Origin: Betaproteobacteria bacterium
Lineage (GTDB): Bacteria; Pseudomonadota; Gammaproteobacteria; Burkholderiales; Rhodocyclaceae
Assembly: GCA_947478755.1 (NCBI GenBank)
Contig: CANJXH010000001.1
Span: forward strand, 1-59,178
DNA length: 59,178 nucleotides
Direction of reading: 5' to 3'
Shown piece after piece: positions 46,705 to 59,178 of the stretch. A program made the translations under genes and the position numbers. Below the pieces are notes generated by a model, which saw nothing but the letters and a program-made list of their open reading frames with translations, did no database searches and was not told where the DNA came from. Position 1 is the stretch's first letter. Every line of letters starts with the position of its first letter.

Positions 46705-47457
46705 ATGCGACTGCCGCTCTTCGACCAGTTGCCGCTGTTTCGCAGCGAACCACCAGCAGCGCAGATGGACAAGTCGAGAAACCTGATTCTGGGCAACCGC
46801 CTGGTGAGCTACACCTTGCGTCAGGCAGCGCGGCGCCGCCTGGCACTTTCCATAGATGAACGTGGCTTGCGTGTTGCGGCGCCACGGTCAATCACGATCA
46901 CCCAGATTGAAAACTTCATTCGCGAAAACGATCAATGGGTGTTGAACAAACTTGATGAGTACGCCAGTCGCGCGCCACGCCAGTTGCCGATCCGTCACGG
47001 CCAGCGCCTGCCGATACTCGGTGCCGGCGTGGAAGTGCGCGTGACCACCGGTGCCAACCGCAGCCGCTGGGAGGAAGGGACGCTGACAATTGAAGCACGC
47101 GACAATGCCGACCTTGATGCCCTGGCACGCAAGGCTTTGCAGCGACGTGCCCACGCCTTGTTCCTGCAACGCATTGAACATTACGGGCAAGGCGTCTCAC
47201 GACCGATACCGCCCCTTGCGCTCAGTTCGGCGCGAACCCGCTGGGGCAGTTGCAGCAGTACCGGCATTCGTCTCAACTGGCGGCTGATACATCTTCCCTT
47301 GCACCTGATCGACTATGTAGTCGCCCACGAGTTGGCGCATCTGGAGCAGATGAACCACAGCCCGCGTTTCTGGGCCGTGGTCGAACGCCTGTATCCTGAC
47401 TACAAAGGCGCTCGTGCCGAACTCAAGCGTCGTACCAGCGAGATACCGATCATCTAG
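46705..47457 (+). CDS. YgjP/DUF45 (M48-like) metal-dependent hydrolase
   Basis: [35 protein letters not shown]. Confidence 0.9.
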   Translation: MRLPLFDQLPLFRSEPPAAQMDKSRNLILGNRLVSYTLRQAARRRLALSIDERGLRVAAPRSITITQIENFIRENDQWVLNKLDEYASRAPRQLPIRHGQRLPILGAGVEVRVTTGANRSRWEEGTLTIEARDNADLDALARKALQRRAHALFLQRIEHYGQGVSRPIPPLALSSARTRWGSCSSTGIRLNWRLIHLPLHLIDYVVAHELAHLEQMNHSPRFWAVVERLYPDYKGARAELKRRTSEIPII

Positions 47458-47465
47458 GAATCCAA

Positions 47466-47852
<387 letters not shown>

Positions 47853-47855
47853 TAC

Positions 47856-48770
47856 TCACCCGCGCGGGTGATGCACGGCGTGAAGCTGCTTCATGCGCTC
47901 GCGTGCGACGTGGGTATATACCTGGGTGGTCGAGATGTCCGCATGCCCCAGCAGCATCTGCACCACACGCAGGTCGGCGCCATGGTTCAGCAAGTGCGTG
48001 GCAAAGGCGTGGCGCAGCACATGGGGCGAGATGCGTTCGCGCGAGATGCCGGCCTGGCTGCCGTAGCGTTTGATCAACGCCCATGCCATCTGTCGTGTCA
48101 TGCCCTTGCCGCGGCCAGTAACAAATACTTCGTCGCAGGCACGGCCTTTGAGCAATATCGGTCGCCCGTCCTGCAGGTAACGTTGCAGCCATTGCACCGC
48201 CACTTCGCCCAAGGGGACGAGTCGCTCTTTCGAGCCTTTGCCCAGGGCACGCACCACGCCGTCTTCCAGATTCAGTTCGAAAAGTTTCAGGCCGGTGAGT
48301 TCGGTCACACGCAGACCGGTGGCGTAGAGCAGCTCAAGCAATGCGCGGTCGCGAAGCCCGATGGGCGTTTCAATGTCCGGCGCCGCCAGCAGCTCCTCGA
48401 CCTGAGTTTCCGACAGGGTCTTGGGGAAGCGGTCACTCTTGCTCGGACGCTGGATGGTCAACAGCGGATCGGTGGTGATGCGGCGCTCCTCCAGCAGCCA
48501 GCGGAACAGGCGCCGCAATGCCGAATAAAGACGTCGCTGCGTGGCAGGCTTCGGCGGGTTCGCCTGCGCATGTAAATGGGCGAGGTAACGATTGACGATC
48601 GCGTCATCGACCGTGATCAGTGATCCACCGGTAGTGGCAAGCCACGAGGCGAACAGTGCAAGATCGCTGCGATAGCTGGAGAGCGTGTTTTTCGCCAAGC
48701 CGTCGCGCAGCCACAGCGCGTCGGCGAACTCGTCGATCAGTGCCGCATCATTCGGCGACGGACTCTTCAT
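47856..48770 (-). CDS. xerD: Site-specific tyrosine recombinase XerD
   Basis: GLAKNTLSSYRSDL, LYATGLRVTEL, SPHVLRHAFATHLLNHGADLRVVQMLLGHADISTTQVY, HHPRG. Confidence 0.96.
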   Translation of the reverse strand: MKSPSPNDAALIDEFADALWLRDGLAKNTLSSYRSDLALFASWLATTGGSLITVDDAIVNRYLAHLHAQANPPKPATQRRLYSALRRLFRWLLEERRITTDPLLTIQRPSKSDRFPKTLSETQVEELLAAPDIETPIGLRDRALLELLYATGLRVTELTGLKLFELNLEDGVVRALGKGSKERLVPLGEVAVQWLQRYLQDGRPILLKGRACDEVFVTGRGKGMTRQMAWALIKRYGSQAGISRERISPHVLRHAFATHLLNHGADLRVVQMLLGHADISTTQVYTHVARERMKQLHAVHHPRG

Positions 48771-49221
48771 GCGCAAGCAGCCAGCTTTTTATATCGAGTA
48801 GAAATCCATCGCGCTGTTTGGCAAAACCGCCTAAACCACCGCCTGCCGAAATCACGCGGTGGCAAGGGACCACGACCGGATACGGATTCGCCCCACAGGC
48901 CCCGCCGACGGCGCGCGGACCGCTCCGGATGGCCTTGGCCAGTTCGCCGTAGCTGGTGGTATGCCCGGGTGGAATATCGGCAATCTCGTCCCACACCTTG
49001 CGCTGGAAATGCGTGCCGGCCGGCGCCAGCGGCAAGGAGAACGCGAATGCGGGATCGTTCAGATAGGCGCGCAGTTGCCGGACTGCCTCTTTTGCCACAG
49101 TCGCCTTCGGCACCTGCTCGGCACCGGGCGGCAGATAGTCGATCAAGGTGATCTCGTCGTTGTCGCAGCAGACGCCGATATTGAAACCGGGTGCCTTGAC
49201 GATGGCCTGATAGGTCGTCAT
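48748..49221 (-). CDS. ogt: Methylated-DNA-protein-cysteine methyltransferase
   Basis: GTHFQRKVW, SYGELA, RAVGGAC, PCHRV; alternative GTG start at 49239. Confidence 0.9.
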   Translation of the reverse strand: MTTYQAIVKAPGFNIGVCCDNDEITLIDYLPPGAEQVPKATVAKEAVRQLRAYLNDPAFAFSLPLAPAGTHFQRKVWDEIADIPPGHTTSYGELAKAIRSGPRAVGGACGANPYPVVVPCHRVISAGGGLGGFAKQRDGFLLDIKSWLLAHEESVAE

Positions 49222-49222
49222 T

Positions 49223-50479
49223 TCAGGCGCGTACTTCACCGTCGCCGAGCACGATCCACTTCTGCGAGGTCAGGCCTTCAAGCCCTACCGGGCCGCGCGC
49301 GTGGAACTTATCGGTGGAAATGCCAATCTCTGCGCCGAGCCCGAACTCGAAGCCGTCGGCGAAACGGGTTGACGCGTTCACCATCACCGAGGCGGAATCG
49401 ACTTCACGCAGGAAGCGCATCGCATTCGTGTAGTTCTCGGTCACGATGGCATCCGTATGCTGCGAGGAATATTTGTTGATGTGCGCAATGGCTTCATCGA
49501 CGCCGGCAACGATCTTGACCGAGATGATGGCAGCCAGATACTCCGTGTAGTAGTCCTCTTCCGTCGCCGCCTTGGCCTGTGGCACCAATGCCTGCGTTTC
49601 GGCGCAGCCGCGAATTTCGATTCTTTTGGCAATGAGCATTGCGGCGATTGCCGGCAGCTGTGCCATGGCGACGCTGCGTGCCACCAGCAGTGATTCGGCG
49701 GTGTTGCAGGTACCAAGCCGTTGCGTCTTGGCATTCTCGATGATCTTCAAGGCCTTCGCAGCATCCGCGTCGCCGTCGACGTAAACATGGCAATTGCCAT
49801 CCAGATGCTTGATCACCGGCACGCGGGCGTCACGGCTCACACGTTCGATCAGTCCCTTGCCGCCGCGCGGCACGATTACATCGACATACTTCGGCATGGC
49901 GACCAGATGGCTGACCGCTTCGCGATCGGTGGTTTCAATGACCTGTACCGATGTTTCCGGCAGCCCTGCCACTTTCAGACCCTCGCGGACGCAGGCGGCG
50001 ATGGCCTGGTTGGAACGCAGCGCTTCCTTGCCGCCACGCAGGATGGCGGCATTGCCGGATTTGAGGCACAAGGCGGCCGCATCTGCGGTGACATTGGGAC
50101 GTGCCTCATAGATGATGCCGACCACGCCGATGGGCACACGCATCTTGCCGACCTGGATGCCGCTCGGGCGGCGTTTGAGATCCGTGATTTCACCTACCGG
50201 ATCGGGCAGCGCAGCGACCTGTTCCAGCCCTTGCGCCATCGACTCGATGCCCTTGGCGCTGAGCGTCAAACGGTCGAGCATGGCGGCATCGAGGCCATCC
50301 TGCCGTGCCTGGGCAAGGTCAGCCGCATTGGCGGCAAGCAGTTCTGCCTGGCGTGCGCGAACCGCAGCTGCCATTGACAGCAGCGCCTTGTTCTTGGCAG
50401 CGGTCGAGGCCTTGGCGACATCGGCAGCGGCAGCACGTGCCGCCTGACCAACGCCTTCCATGTAATTTTTTATGTCCAT
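49223..50479 (-). CDS. proA: Glutamate-5-semialdehyde dehydrogenase
   Basis: [46 protein letters not shown]. Confidence 0.96.
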   Translation of the reverse strand: MDIKNYMEGVGQAARAAAADVAKASTAAKNKALLSMAAAVRARQAELLAANAADLAQARQDGLDAAMLDRLTLSAKGIESMAQGLEQVAALPDPVGEITDLKRRPSGIQVGKMRVPIGVVGIIYEARPNVTADAAALCLKSGNAAILRGGKEALRSNQAIAACVREGLKVAGLPETSVQVIETTDREAVSHLVAMPKYVDVIVPRGGKGLIERVSRDARVPVIKHLDGNCHVYVDGDADAAKALKIIENAKTQRLGTCNTAESLLVARSVAMAQLPAIAAMLIAKRIEIRGCAETQALVPQAKAATEEDYYTEYLAAIISVKIVAGVDEAIAHINKYSSQHTDAIVTENYTNAMRFLREVDSASVMVNASTRFADGFEFGLGAEIGISTDKFHARGPVGLEGLTSQKWIVLGDGEVRA

Positions 50480-50574
50480 ATGCTTAGACGTGGAGCATTA
50501 GTGTGTAATGTTTCCATTGTACCGTTGCTCAGGCGCGGCCTGTTCTGCGGGGCATTCAACGCCACGGACTGGAG

Positions 50575-51990
50575 ATGTCGATGAAAGCTGTTCTTCCCTT
50601 TGTTGCGACTTTGCTTGCGGCGTCGGTTGCCCATGCGCAAGCGGTCACTGAAATAGTTTCTCCCGCCGCGGACCGTGTTGCCACGGCGGTGACGGTGTAC
50701 AACGACAACTTGGCGCTGGTGAAGGAGCGGCGCAAGGTCACGCTGCCCGGTGGCCCGGTGCGCCTTTCCTTGCGCGACGTGTCGGCGCAGATGAAACCGG
50801 AAACCGCCTTGCTTAGCGCGGTGAATGGAAAGCCAATAAGCCTGATTGAGCAGAATTTCGATTTTGATCTGCTCACCCCGCAAAAGCTGCTCGACAAATA
50901 TGTCGGTCGCGAAGTGACCGTGATCCGGGGCAACCCGGCGACCGGCGCCGAGACAAGGGAGAAAGCGACGGTGCTGGCCGCCAGTCAGGGCACGGTGCTG
51001 CGTTTTGCCGATCGGATTGAGACCGGGGTTCCCGGCAGACTGGCTTTTGACAGCGTGCCGGGAACCTTGCGCGATCGCCCCACGCTTTCCGTATTGCTGG
51101 ATGCCACGGCGGCGAATGCGCAAACGCTGGAGCTTTCATACCTCACCGGCGGGCTGGCCTGGAAGGCTGACTATGTGGCCAATCTGGGCGACGGCGGCAA
51201 GACGCTTGATCTCAACGGATGGGTGACATTGACCAACAGCAGTGGTGCTGCCTATGAAAGTGCGACGCTGCAGTTGGTCGCCGGCACACTGAATCGGGCG
51301 CAGCCCGAACGGCGCGAGTTTCTTGCCAAGGGCGCGATGGTGGCAATGGCGGCCGATGCCGCACCGCGCGAAGAGGCGTTGATGGATTACCACCTCTACA
51401 CCTTCGACCGACCGACGACGTTGGCGGAAAACCAGACCAAGCAGCTTGCGCTGCTGTCCGCGACATCGGTGCCTGCCGAACGTGAGTATCTGCTGGCAGG
51501 CAATGACTATTACTACATGGGCCGCTTTGACACGCTGGGCGAAAAGCTGAAGCCGGCTGTCTTCGTGATCTTCCAGAACAAGGGCGGGCAGTTGGGCAAA
51601 CCGCTGCCCGCGGGCGTGATGCGCGTGTATGCGCGTGACAGCCAGGGGGCGGCGCAGTTTGTCGGCGAGGACAATATCGCGCACACGGCAAAAAATGAAA
51701 CCGTTCGATTGCGGCTTGGTGAGGCCTTCGACATCACCGCCGACCGCAAGCAGACCAACTATCGGCGGCTCTCCGACCGCAGCAATGAAAACAGCTACAG
51801 CATTGTCATCCGCAACGCCAAGGCCGAGCCTGTCACGGTGAAGGTGCAGGAGCCGATGCCGGGCGACTGGGAAATTACGCAGCAAAGCCAGAAGCACGTG
51901 AAGGAGAGTGCGCATGTAGCACTGTGGAACATTACGGTACCGGCCGAAGGCAGCGCCATACTGGAATACACCGCCCGAGTCAAATGGTAG
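50575..51990 (+). CDS. DUF4139 domain exported protein
   Basis: Signal peptide; VTVYNDNLALVKERR, EQNFDFDLL, LSYLTGGLAWKADY, PLPAG.MRVY, GEAFDI. Confidence 0.85.
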   Translation: MSMKAVLPFVATLLAASVAHAQAVTEIVSPAADRVATAVTVYNDNLALVKERRKVTLPGGPVRLSLRDVSAQMKPETALLSAVNGKPISLIEQNFDFDLLTPQKLLDKYVGREVTVIRGNPATGAETREKATVLAASQGTVLRFADRIETGVPGRLAFDSVPGTLRDRPTLSVLLDATAANAQTLELSYLTGGLAWKADYVANLGDGGKTLDLNGWVTLTNSSGAAYESATLQLVAGTLNRAQPERREFLAKGAMVAMAADAAPREEALMDYHLYTFDRPTTLAENQTKQLALLSATSVPAEREYLLAGNDYYYMGRFDTLGEKLKPAVFVIFQNKGGQLGKPLPAGVMRVYARDSQGAAQFVGEDNIAHTAKNETVRLRLGEAFDITADRKQTNYRRLSDRSNENSYSIVIRNAKAEPVTVKVQEPMPGDWEITQQSQKHVKESAHVALWNITVPAEGSAILEYTARVKW

Positions 51991-51992
51991 GC

Positions 51993-52865
51993 ATGAAGCA
52001 ATCATGGCCTGGTGTCGCGATCGTGGCACTGTTGCTGTGTCTTTTCCAGACGGCATGGGCCGTTGGCGCGCCCGGGGTAACGCTGGCAAACGTCTATGTC
52101 GTGGGACGTGATCCGGCCGGGTATTACGTCAGTGAAAAGCTGGATGGTGTTCGCGGTTACTGGGATGGCAGGCAACTGCTGACCCGCGGCGGTACGGTGG
52201 TGCAGGCACCGGCGTGGTTCACCGCAGGGTGGCCGACTTATCCGCTGGATGGCGAACTCTGGGCGGGGCATGGTCGTTTCGCCGAAGCAGTGTCAACCGT
52301 TCGCAGCGAAACACCTGACGACGCTGCCTGGCATCGCATGCGTTACATGCTGTTTGACCTGCCCGCGCATCCGGGCCCTTTCAGTGAGCGGGTTGCCGCA
52401 TTGAAAACGGCGGTTGCAGCCATCAACCAGCCCTGGGTGCAGATGATCCCGCAACAACCGGCGACGACCGCCGCAGCATTGAAAGCGCAGTTACGCGAGG
52501 TGGAAAAGTCCGGTGGCGAAGGCCTGGTGTTGCACCGCGCCGACGCGAACTATCAGGCGGGGCGCAGTGATGACCTGCTCAAGTACAAGCCCTATCTCGA
52601 TGCAGAGGCACGCGTGGTGCGACAGATTCCGGGCAAGGGCAAGTATGCCGGGATGATGGGCGCACTGGAGCTTGAAACCGAATCCGGCAGGCGCTTCAAG
52701 CTCGGGACAGGATTTTCGGATCAGGATCGCCGCCAGCCACCGCCGATCGGTTGCTGGGTGAGCTACCGCTATCGCGATATCACATCCAAAGGTCTGCCGC
52801 GATTTGCCAGTTTTTTGCGCGTGCGACTGGATCGCGATCTTGCGTCAAATCAGGCAGCGCAATAG
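51993..52865 (+). CDS. Minimal ATP-dependent DNA ligase with signal peptide (LigE-type)
   Basis: SEKLDGVR (adenylated Lys), LDGELW, GGEGLVL, LLKYK, OB domain GTGFSD, PRFASF; N-terminal Sec signal ending in AWA. Confidence 0.9.
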   Translation: MKQSWPGVAIVALLLCLFQTAWAVGAPGVTLANVYVVGRDPAGYYVSEKLDGVRGYWDGRQLLTRGGTVVQAPAWFTAGWPTYPLDGELWAGHGRFAEAVSTVRSETPDDAAWHRMRYMLFDLPAHPGPFSERVAALKTAVAAINQPWVQMIPQQPATTAAALKAQLREVEKSGGEGLVLHRADANYQAGRSDDLLKYKPYLDAEARVVRQIPGKGKYAGMMGALELETESGRRFKLGTGFSDQDRRQPPPIGCWVSYRYRDITSKGLPRFASFLRVRLDRDLASNQAAQ

Positions 52866-52871
52866 ACAGGC

Positions 52872-53897
52872 TCAGGCCGACTTTTGTTTGCCTTGCAGCG
52901 TGGACAGCTTCAAGGCGAGCTGGAGCATTTCATCCCAGGCATCACCCTGCGTCAGTCCCTTGATCATGCGGTCAATGCGGGCGGCTTGCAGCAGCGCGGC
53001 ACGTGCAGTACCGGCACTCAATCGCTGAGCAGCGGCACGCACTGCATTCTGGCGCGGGCCGAATACCCTGGCTTCCTTCATTGCCGAATCGGCAGAATGT
53101 CCCCGATCCATGGCAATGCGAACCTGGGCCACGGCGCGGGTTTCCGTCGCCAGCGCCCACAGCATCAAGGGCAGGGCCGTGTCTTCCGCGCGCAGACCAT
53201 CAAGCAATCGGGCAAATCGCGCGATATCGCCAACGAGCAGTGCTTCACGCAGCTTGTCCACGTCAAAGCGAGCCACGTCGAACACCGCTTCCTCCACCTG
53301 GGCCAGCGTCAGCTGCCCCTCCGGATAAAGCAGTGCCAGCTTCTGGATTTCCTGATGTGCTGCAAGCAAATTGCCTTCCACATGACCGGCGATGAACTGC
53401 AAGGCATCCTGTGGCGCAGTCTGGCGTTGCATTTGCAGCCGTACCGCAATCCACGCCGGCAGCTGCGACAGCGACGGCGCATTGCATTCAAGCGTCGTTG
53501 CTGCATCCGTCAGGTTGATGAACCATGCCGCCTTGCGCGCTGCCCAATCGATCTCGGGCAGGGTAATCAGGGTGACGGTGCCTTGCGCCAATTGTTCGCA
53601 ATAGCGTTGCAAGGCATCGCCGCCATCGCGCCCGGGCTTGCCGGTGGGCATGCGCAGATCAATGAGTTTGCTGGAGCCGAACAGCGACATGTTGCCGGCC
53701 GACATGAACAAGTCATCCCAGCGAAAACCGGAACCGACCACCAGCACTTCGCGCTCGTCAAAGCCCTGCTTGCGGGACGCAGCGCGAATCCTGTCTGCGG
53801 CTTCGATGACCAGCAGCGGCTCGTTGCCATGGACGACATACAGCGGCGACAGCGGCTTGTCGAGATGCGCGCCAAGTTGTTCGGGCCGCAGGATCAT
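52872..53897 (-). CDS. holA: DNA polymerase III delta subunit
   Basis: YVVHGNEPLL, MSLFG, EGNLLAAHQEIQKL, DRMIKG. Confidence 0.95.
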   Translation of the reverse strand: MILRPEQLGAHLDKPLSPLYVVHGNEPLLVIEAADRIRAASRKQGFDEREVLVVGSGFRWDDLFMSAGNMSLFGSSKLIDLRMPTGKPGRDGGDALQRYCEQLAQGTVTLITLPEIDWAARKAAWFINLTDAATTLECNAPSLSQLPAWIAVRLQMQRQTAPQDALQFIAGHVEGNLLAAHQEIQKLALLYPEGQLTLAQVEEAVFDVARFDVDKLREALLVGDIARFARLLDGLRAEDTALPLMLWALATETRAVAQVRIAMDRGHSADSAMKEARVFGPRQNAVRAAAQRLSAGTARAALLQAARIDRMIKGLTQGDAWDEMLQLALKLSTLQGKQKSA

Positions 53898-53900
53898 GCT

Positions 53901-54422
53901 TCAGCTTTTGGTGTCGGACTTTTCGGGGGCGAAATCCGGCTTCGACGCGGCAAGCCGTCGCAGCAACTGCTGCACAAGATCATCTTCCATATCCTTGATC
54001 AGCAGATGCTCTTCCGCCTGCTTGGACAGCACCTGGGAATCATCAAAGGTGATGTCACGCCGAATCACGATCTGGCCGGGAGGAATCAGGTCGCGCCCGA
54101 GTGGATCATAGACACGAAACGAGACGGTACGAACCAGCTGGTATTCGCGCACACGACCGGCGGAGTTGAGCGACAACACATTCTTGACAATGCTGTCACC
54201 GGTAATGCCTAGGATGGCCTGGCTTTCCTTCGCGGTATCGACCAGTTGCGTATTGCTCCCGGCAGTGACGGCGCGGGAGAGTTTTGCACGCAAGGTATTG
54301 GATTCCGGCAGTGCAATGTTCAAAGTGGAATAGGGCATTTGAACTGCGCCCCGCAACTGGAAGCCGCAGGCCGCGAGCAGCGACACGCAGATCAGGGCAA
54401 ACAGGTTTCGCTTCATTTTCAT
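53901..54422 (-). CDS. lptE: LPS assembly lipoprotein LptE
   Basis: LAACGFQLRG lipobox; located between leuS and holA. Confidence 0.92.
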   Translation of the reverse strand: MKMKRNLFALICVSLLAACGFQLRGAVQMPYSTLNIALPESNTLRAKLSRAVTAGSNTQLVDTAKESQAILGITGDSIVKNVLSLNSAGRVREYQLVRTVSFRVYDPLGRDLIPPGQIVIRRDITFDDSQVLSKQAEEHLLIKDMEDDLVQQLLRRLAASKPDFAPEKSDTKS

Positions 54423-54462
54423 AGGGTGCTCACTTGGGCGGAGACGACAGGGTAACGGCTTT

Positions 54463-58104
<3,642 letters not shown>

Positions 58105-58116
58105 CGGCGCCAGTCG

Positions 58117-58452
58117 TCAAACAACAGATTCGGTTTTTGCCTTGCAGCGGTGAATCAACTGGCGTGTGGTCACGACCGCCTGGGCAAAGATATCTGCAAT
58201 GACCATGGGGATAACGCTCAGATGCGCCTGAATCATCAGCCATGGCGCATCGGCAAGTGAATTGGCGGCGAGCACTTCTTGTTCGACCAAGGCGATCATC
58301 TGCTCATGGGCGATGCCGAGATAGCGTGCGCTTTCTGATTCGCCGGTGATGCTGTGGGCGTGGTCAGAGGCCTCAAGCCAGAGTGCTTCGACGCGTTCCA
58401 GTTCAATTCCTGCGGTATTGGCTAAAAACGGAAGCATCTTCGGGGTGTTCAT
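58117..58452 (-). CDS. Hypothetical protein (111 aa)
   Basis: Strong AAGGAGA RBS before the ATG; no recognised domain. Confidence 0.7.
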   Translation of the reverse strand: MNTPKMLPFLANTAGIELERVEALWLEASDHAHSITGESESARYLGIAHEQMIALVEQEVLAANSLADAPWLMIQAHLSVIPMVIADIFAQAVVTTRQLIHRCKAKTESVV

Positions 58453-58531
58453 TTGAATCTCCTTCAGCCATGTTTGGGCTCTTGGTACGCGGGTCCCCCG
58501 CGCCGGGTGCTACTGAGTCAACATACTACAT

Positions 58532-58548
58532 ATATTGCAGTGCAATAT
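58532..58548. promoter_or_regulatory. Perfect palindrome ATATTGCA-G-TGCAATAT (operator-like)
   Basis: 8-bp arms in the AT-rich divergent spacer between the 111-aa gene and uvrD. Confidence 0.5.
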
Positions 58549-58563
58549 CATAAAAATAAGTCA

Positions 58564-58576
58564 CAAGTTATTGATT
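58564..58576 (-). promoter_or_regulatory. IHF consensus site
   Basis: Minus strand AATCAATAACTTG matches WATCAANNNNTTR, with A/T tracts adjacent. Confidence 0.4.
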
Positions 58577-58721
58577 TATTTTTACTTTACAAAATAATAG
58601 TTTTAATTAAAACCAATTAATATTGCAATACAGTAGATGGGTTCGAAGCCCGGCTTTTCAATGGCTTGGCGTCAAAATCGGGTCCGGGAGAGCGCTTTGG
58701 CGCCCTTATAATCGTTGAACA

Positions 58722-59178
58722 ATGACCGACCTGCTCCGTGGCCTCAATTCCCCGCAACTGGCTGCGGTAACCCTTCCTTCCCAACACGCCCTGATCCTCG
58801 CGGGCGCTGGATCTGGCAAAACCCGAGTCCTGACCACCCGCATTGCCTGGCTGATTTCGACGCGGCAGGTCGATCCGGCGGGGATTCTGGCCGTAACCTT
58901 TACCAACAAGGCAGCCAAGGAAATGCTGACACGGCTGTCGGCCATGCTGCCGATCAACACCCGGGGCATGTGGGTCGGCACTTTTCATGGTCTTTGCAAT
59001 CGCCTGCTGCGCGCGCACTATCGTGATGCAGGTTTGCCGCAGCTGTTTCAGATACTCGATTCTGCTGACCAGCAAGCGGCAATCAAACGCATGTTGAAGG
59101 CCTTGAATATTGACGACGAGAAGTTTCCGCCGCGCGAACTTCAGCATTTCATCAACGCGCAGAAGGAACAGGGCATTC
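58722..59178 (+). CDS. uvrD: DNA helicase II UvrD, 3'-truncated by window edge
   Basis: MTDLLRGLNSPQLAAV...LILAGAGSGKTRVLT.RIAWL...ILAVTFTNKAAKEM...WVGTFHGLC; absent from the ORF track because there is no stop in the window. Confidence 0.93.
   Translation, partial: MTDLLRGLNSPQLAAVTLPSQHALILAGAGSGKTRVLTTRIAWLISTRQVDPAGILAVTFTNKAAKEMLTRLSAMLPINTRGMWVGTFHGLCNRLLRAHYRDAGLPQLFQILDSADQQAAIKRMLKALNIDDEKFPPRELQHFINAQKEQGI

Noticed and set aside
47856-48770. Tyrosine recombinase as a phage/island or integron integrase
   Set aside because: Sequence and context match housekeeping XerD; no IntI-specific insertion or att sites.
58600-58721. LexA box upstream of uvrD
   Set aside because: An ACAG half-site is present without a CTGT at the required spacing.

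Overview
59 kb of a GC-rich bacterial chromosome. Gene content and order (leuS-lptE-holA...proA, glyQS-gmhB-plsC, DUF971-ubiE-ubiJ) suggest a betaproteobacterium, probably Rhodocyclales/Sterolibacteriaceae-like (inference). The first ~21 kb is an accessory surface/secretion region with four parts. (1) The 3' part of a Tad/Flp pilus operon: pseudopilin, cpaB, cpaC, FHA-fused cpaF, tadB, tadC, DUF192, TPR lipoprotein, tadE, DUF805. (2) A small patch with an apparent decayed integron cassette and a GT2 gene. (3) A two-partner secretion locus, tpsB-tpsA(2330 aa)-imm17-like. Its TpsA is HMW1/CdrA-type, with a ~540-aa Gly/Ser/Asp tract and a C-terminal Cys pair instead of a recognisable CdiA toxin tip. 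(4) Divergent from the TPS genes, two stand-alone cNMP-binding proteins with degenerate binding cassettes and an orphan VirB1-like lytic transglycosylase. The TPS-immunity-cNMP-VirB1 block is the best candidate for an undescribed system. The rest is mostly housekeeping: MacAB-TolC-type exporter, HIT, ubiE/J, mscL, asmA, can, ROK kinase, feoAB, glyQS, gmhB, plsC, gloA, xerD, ogt, proA, holA, lptE, leuS and partial uvrD. Also notable: a Csp1 copper-storage/TonB-receptor/PepSY/TonB module with an ATA start and a RegA-like box, a gene split by an in-frame TGA, a REP-like repeat inside glyQ, an inactive/active YgjP pair, and a DUF4139-LigE insertion. No rRNA, tRNA, CRISPR array or intact transposase was recognised. 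All calls come from reading motifs by eye; no searches were run.
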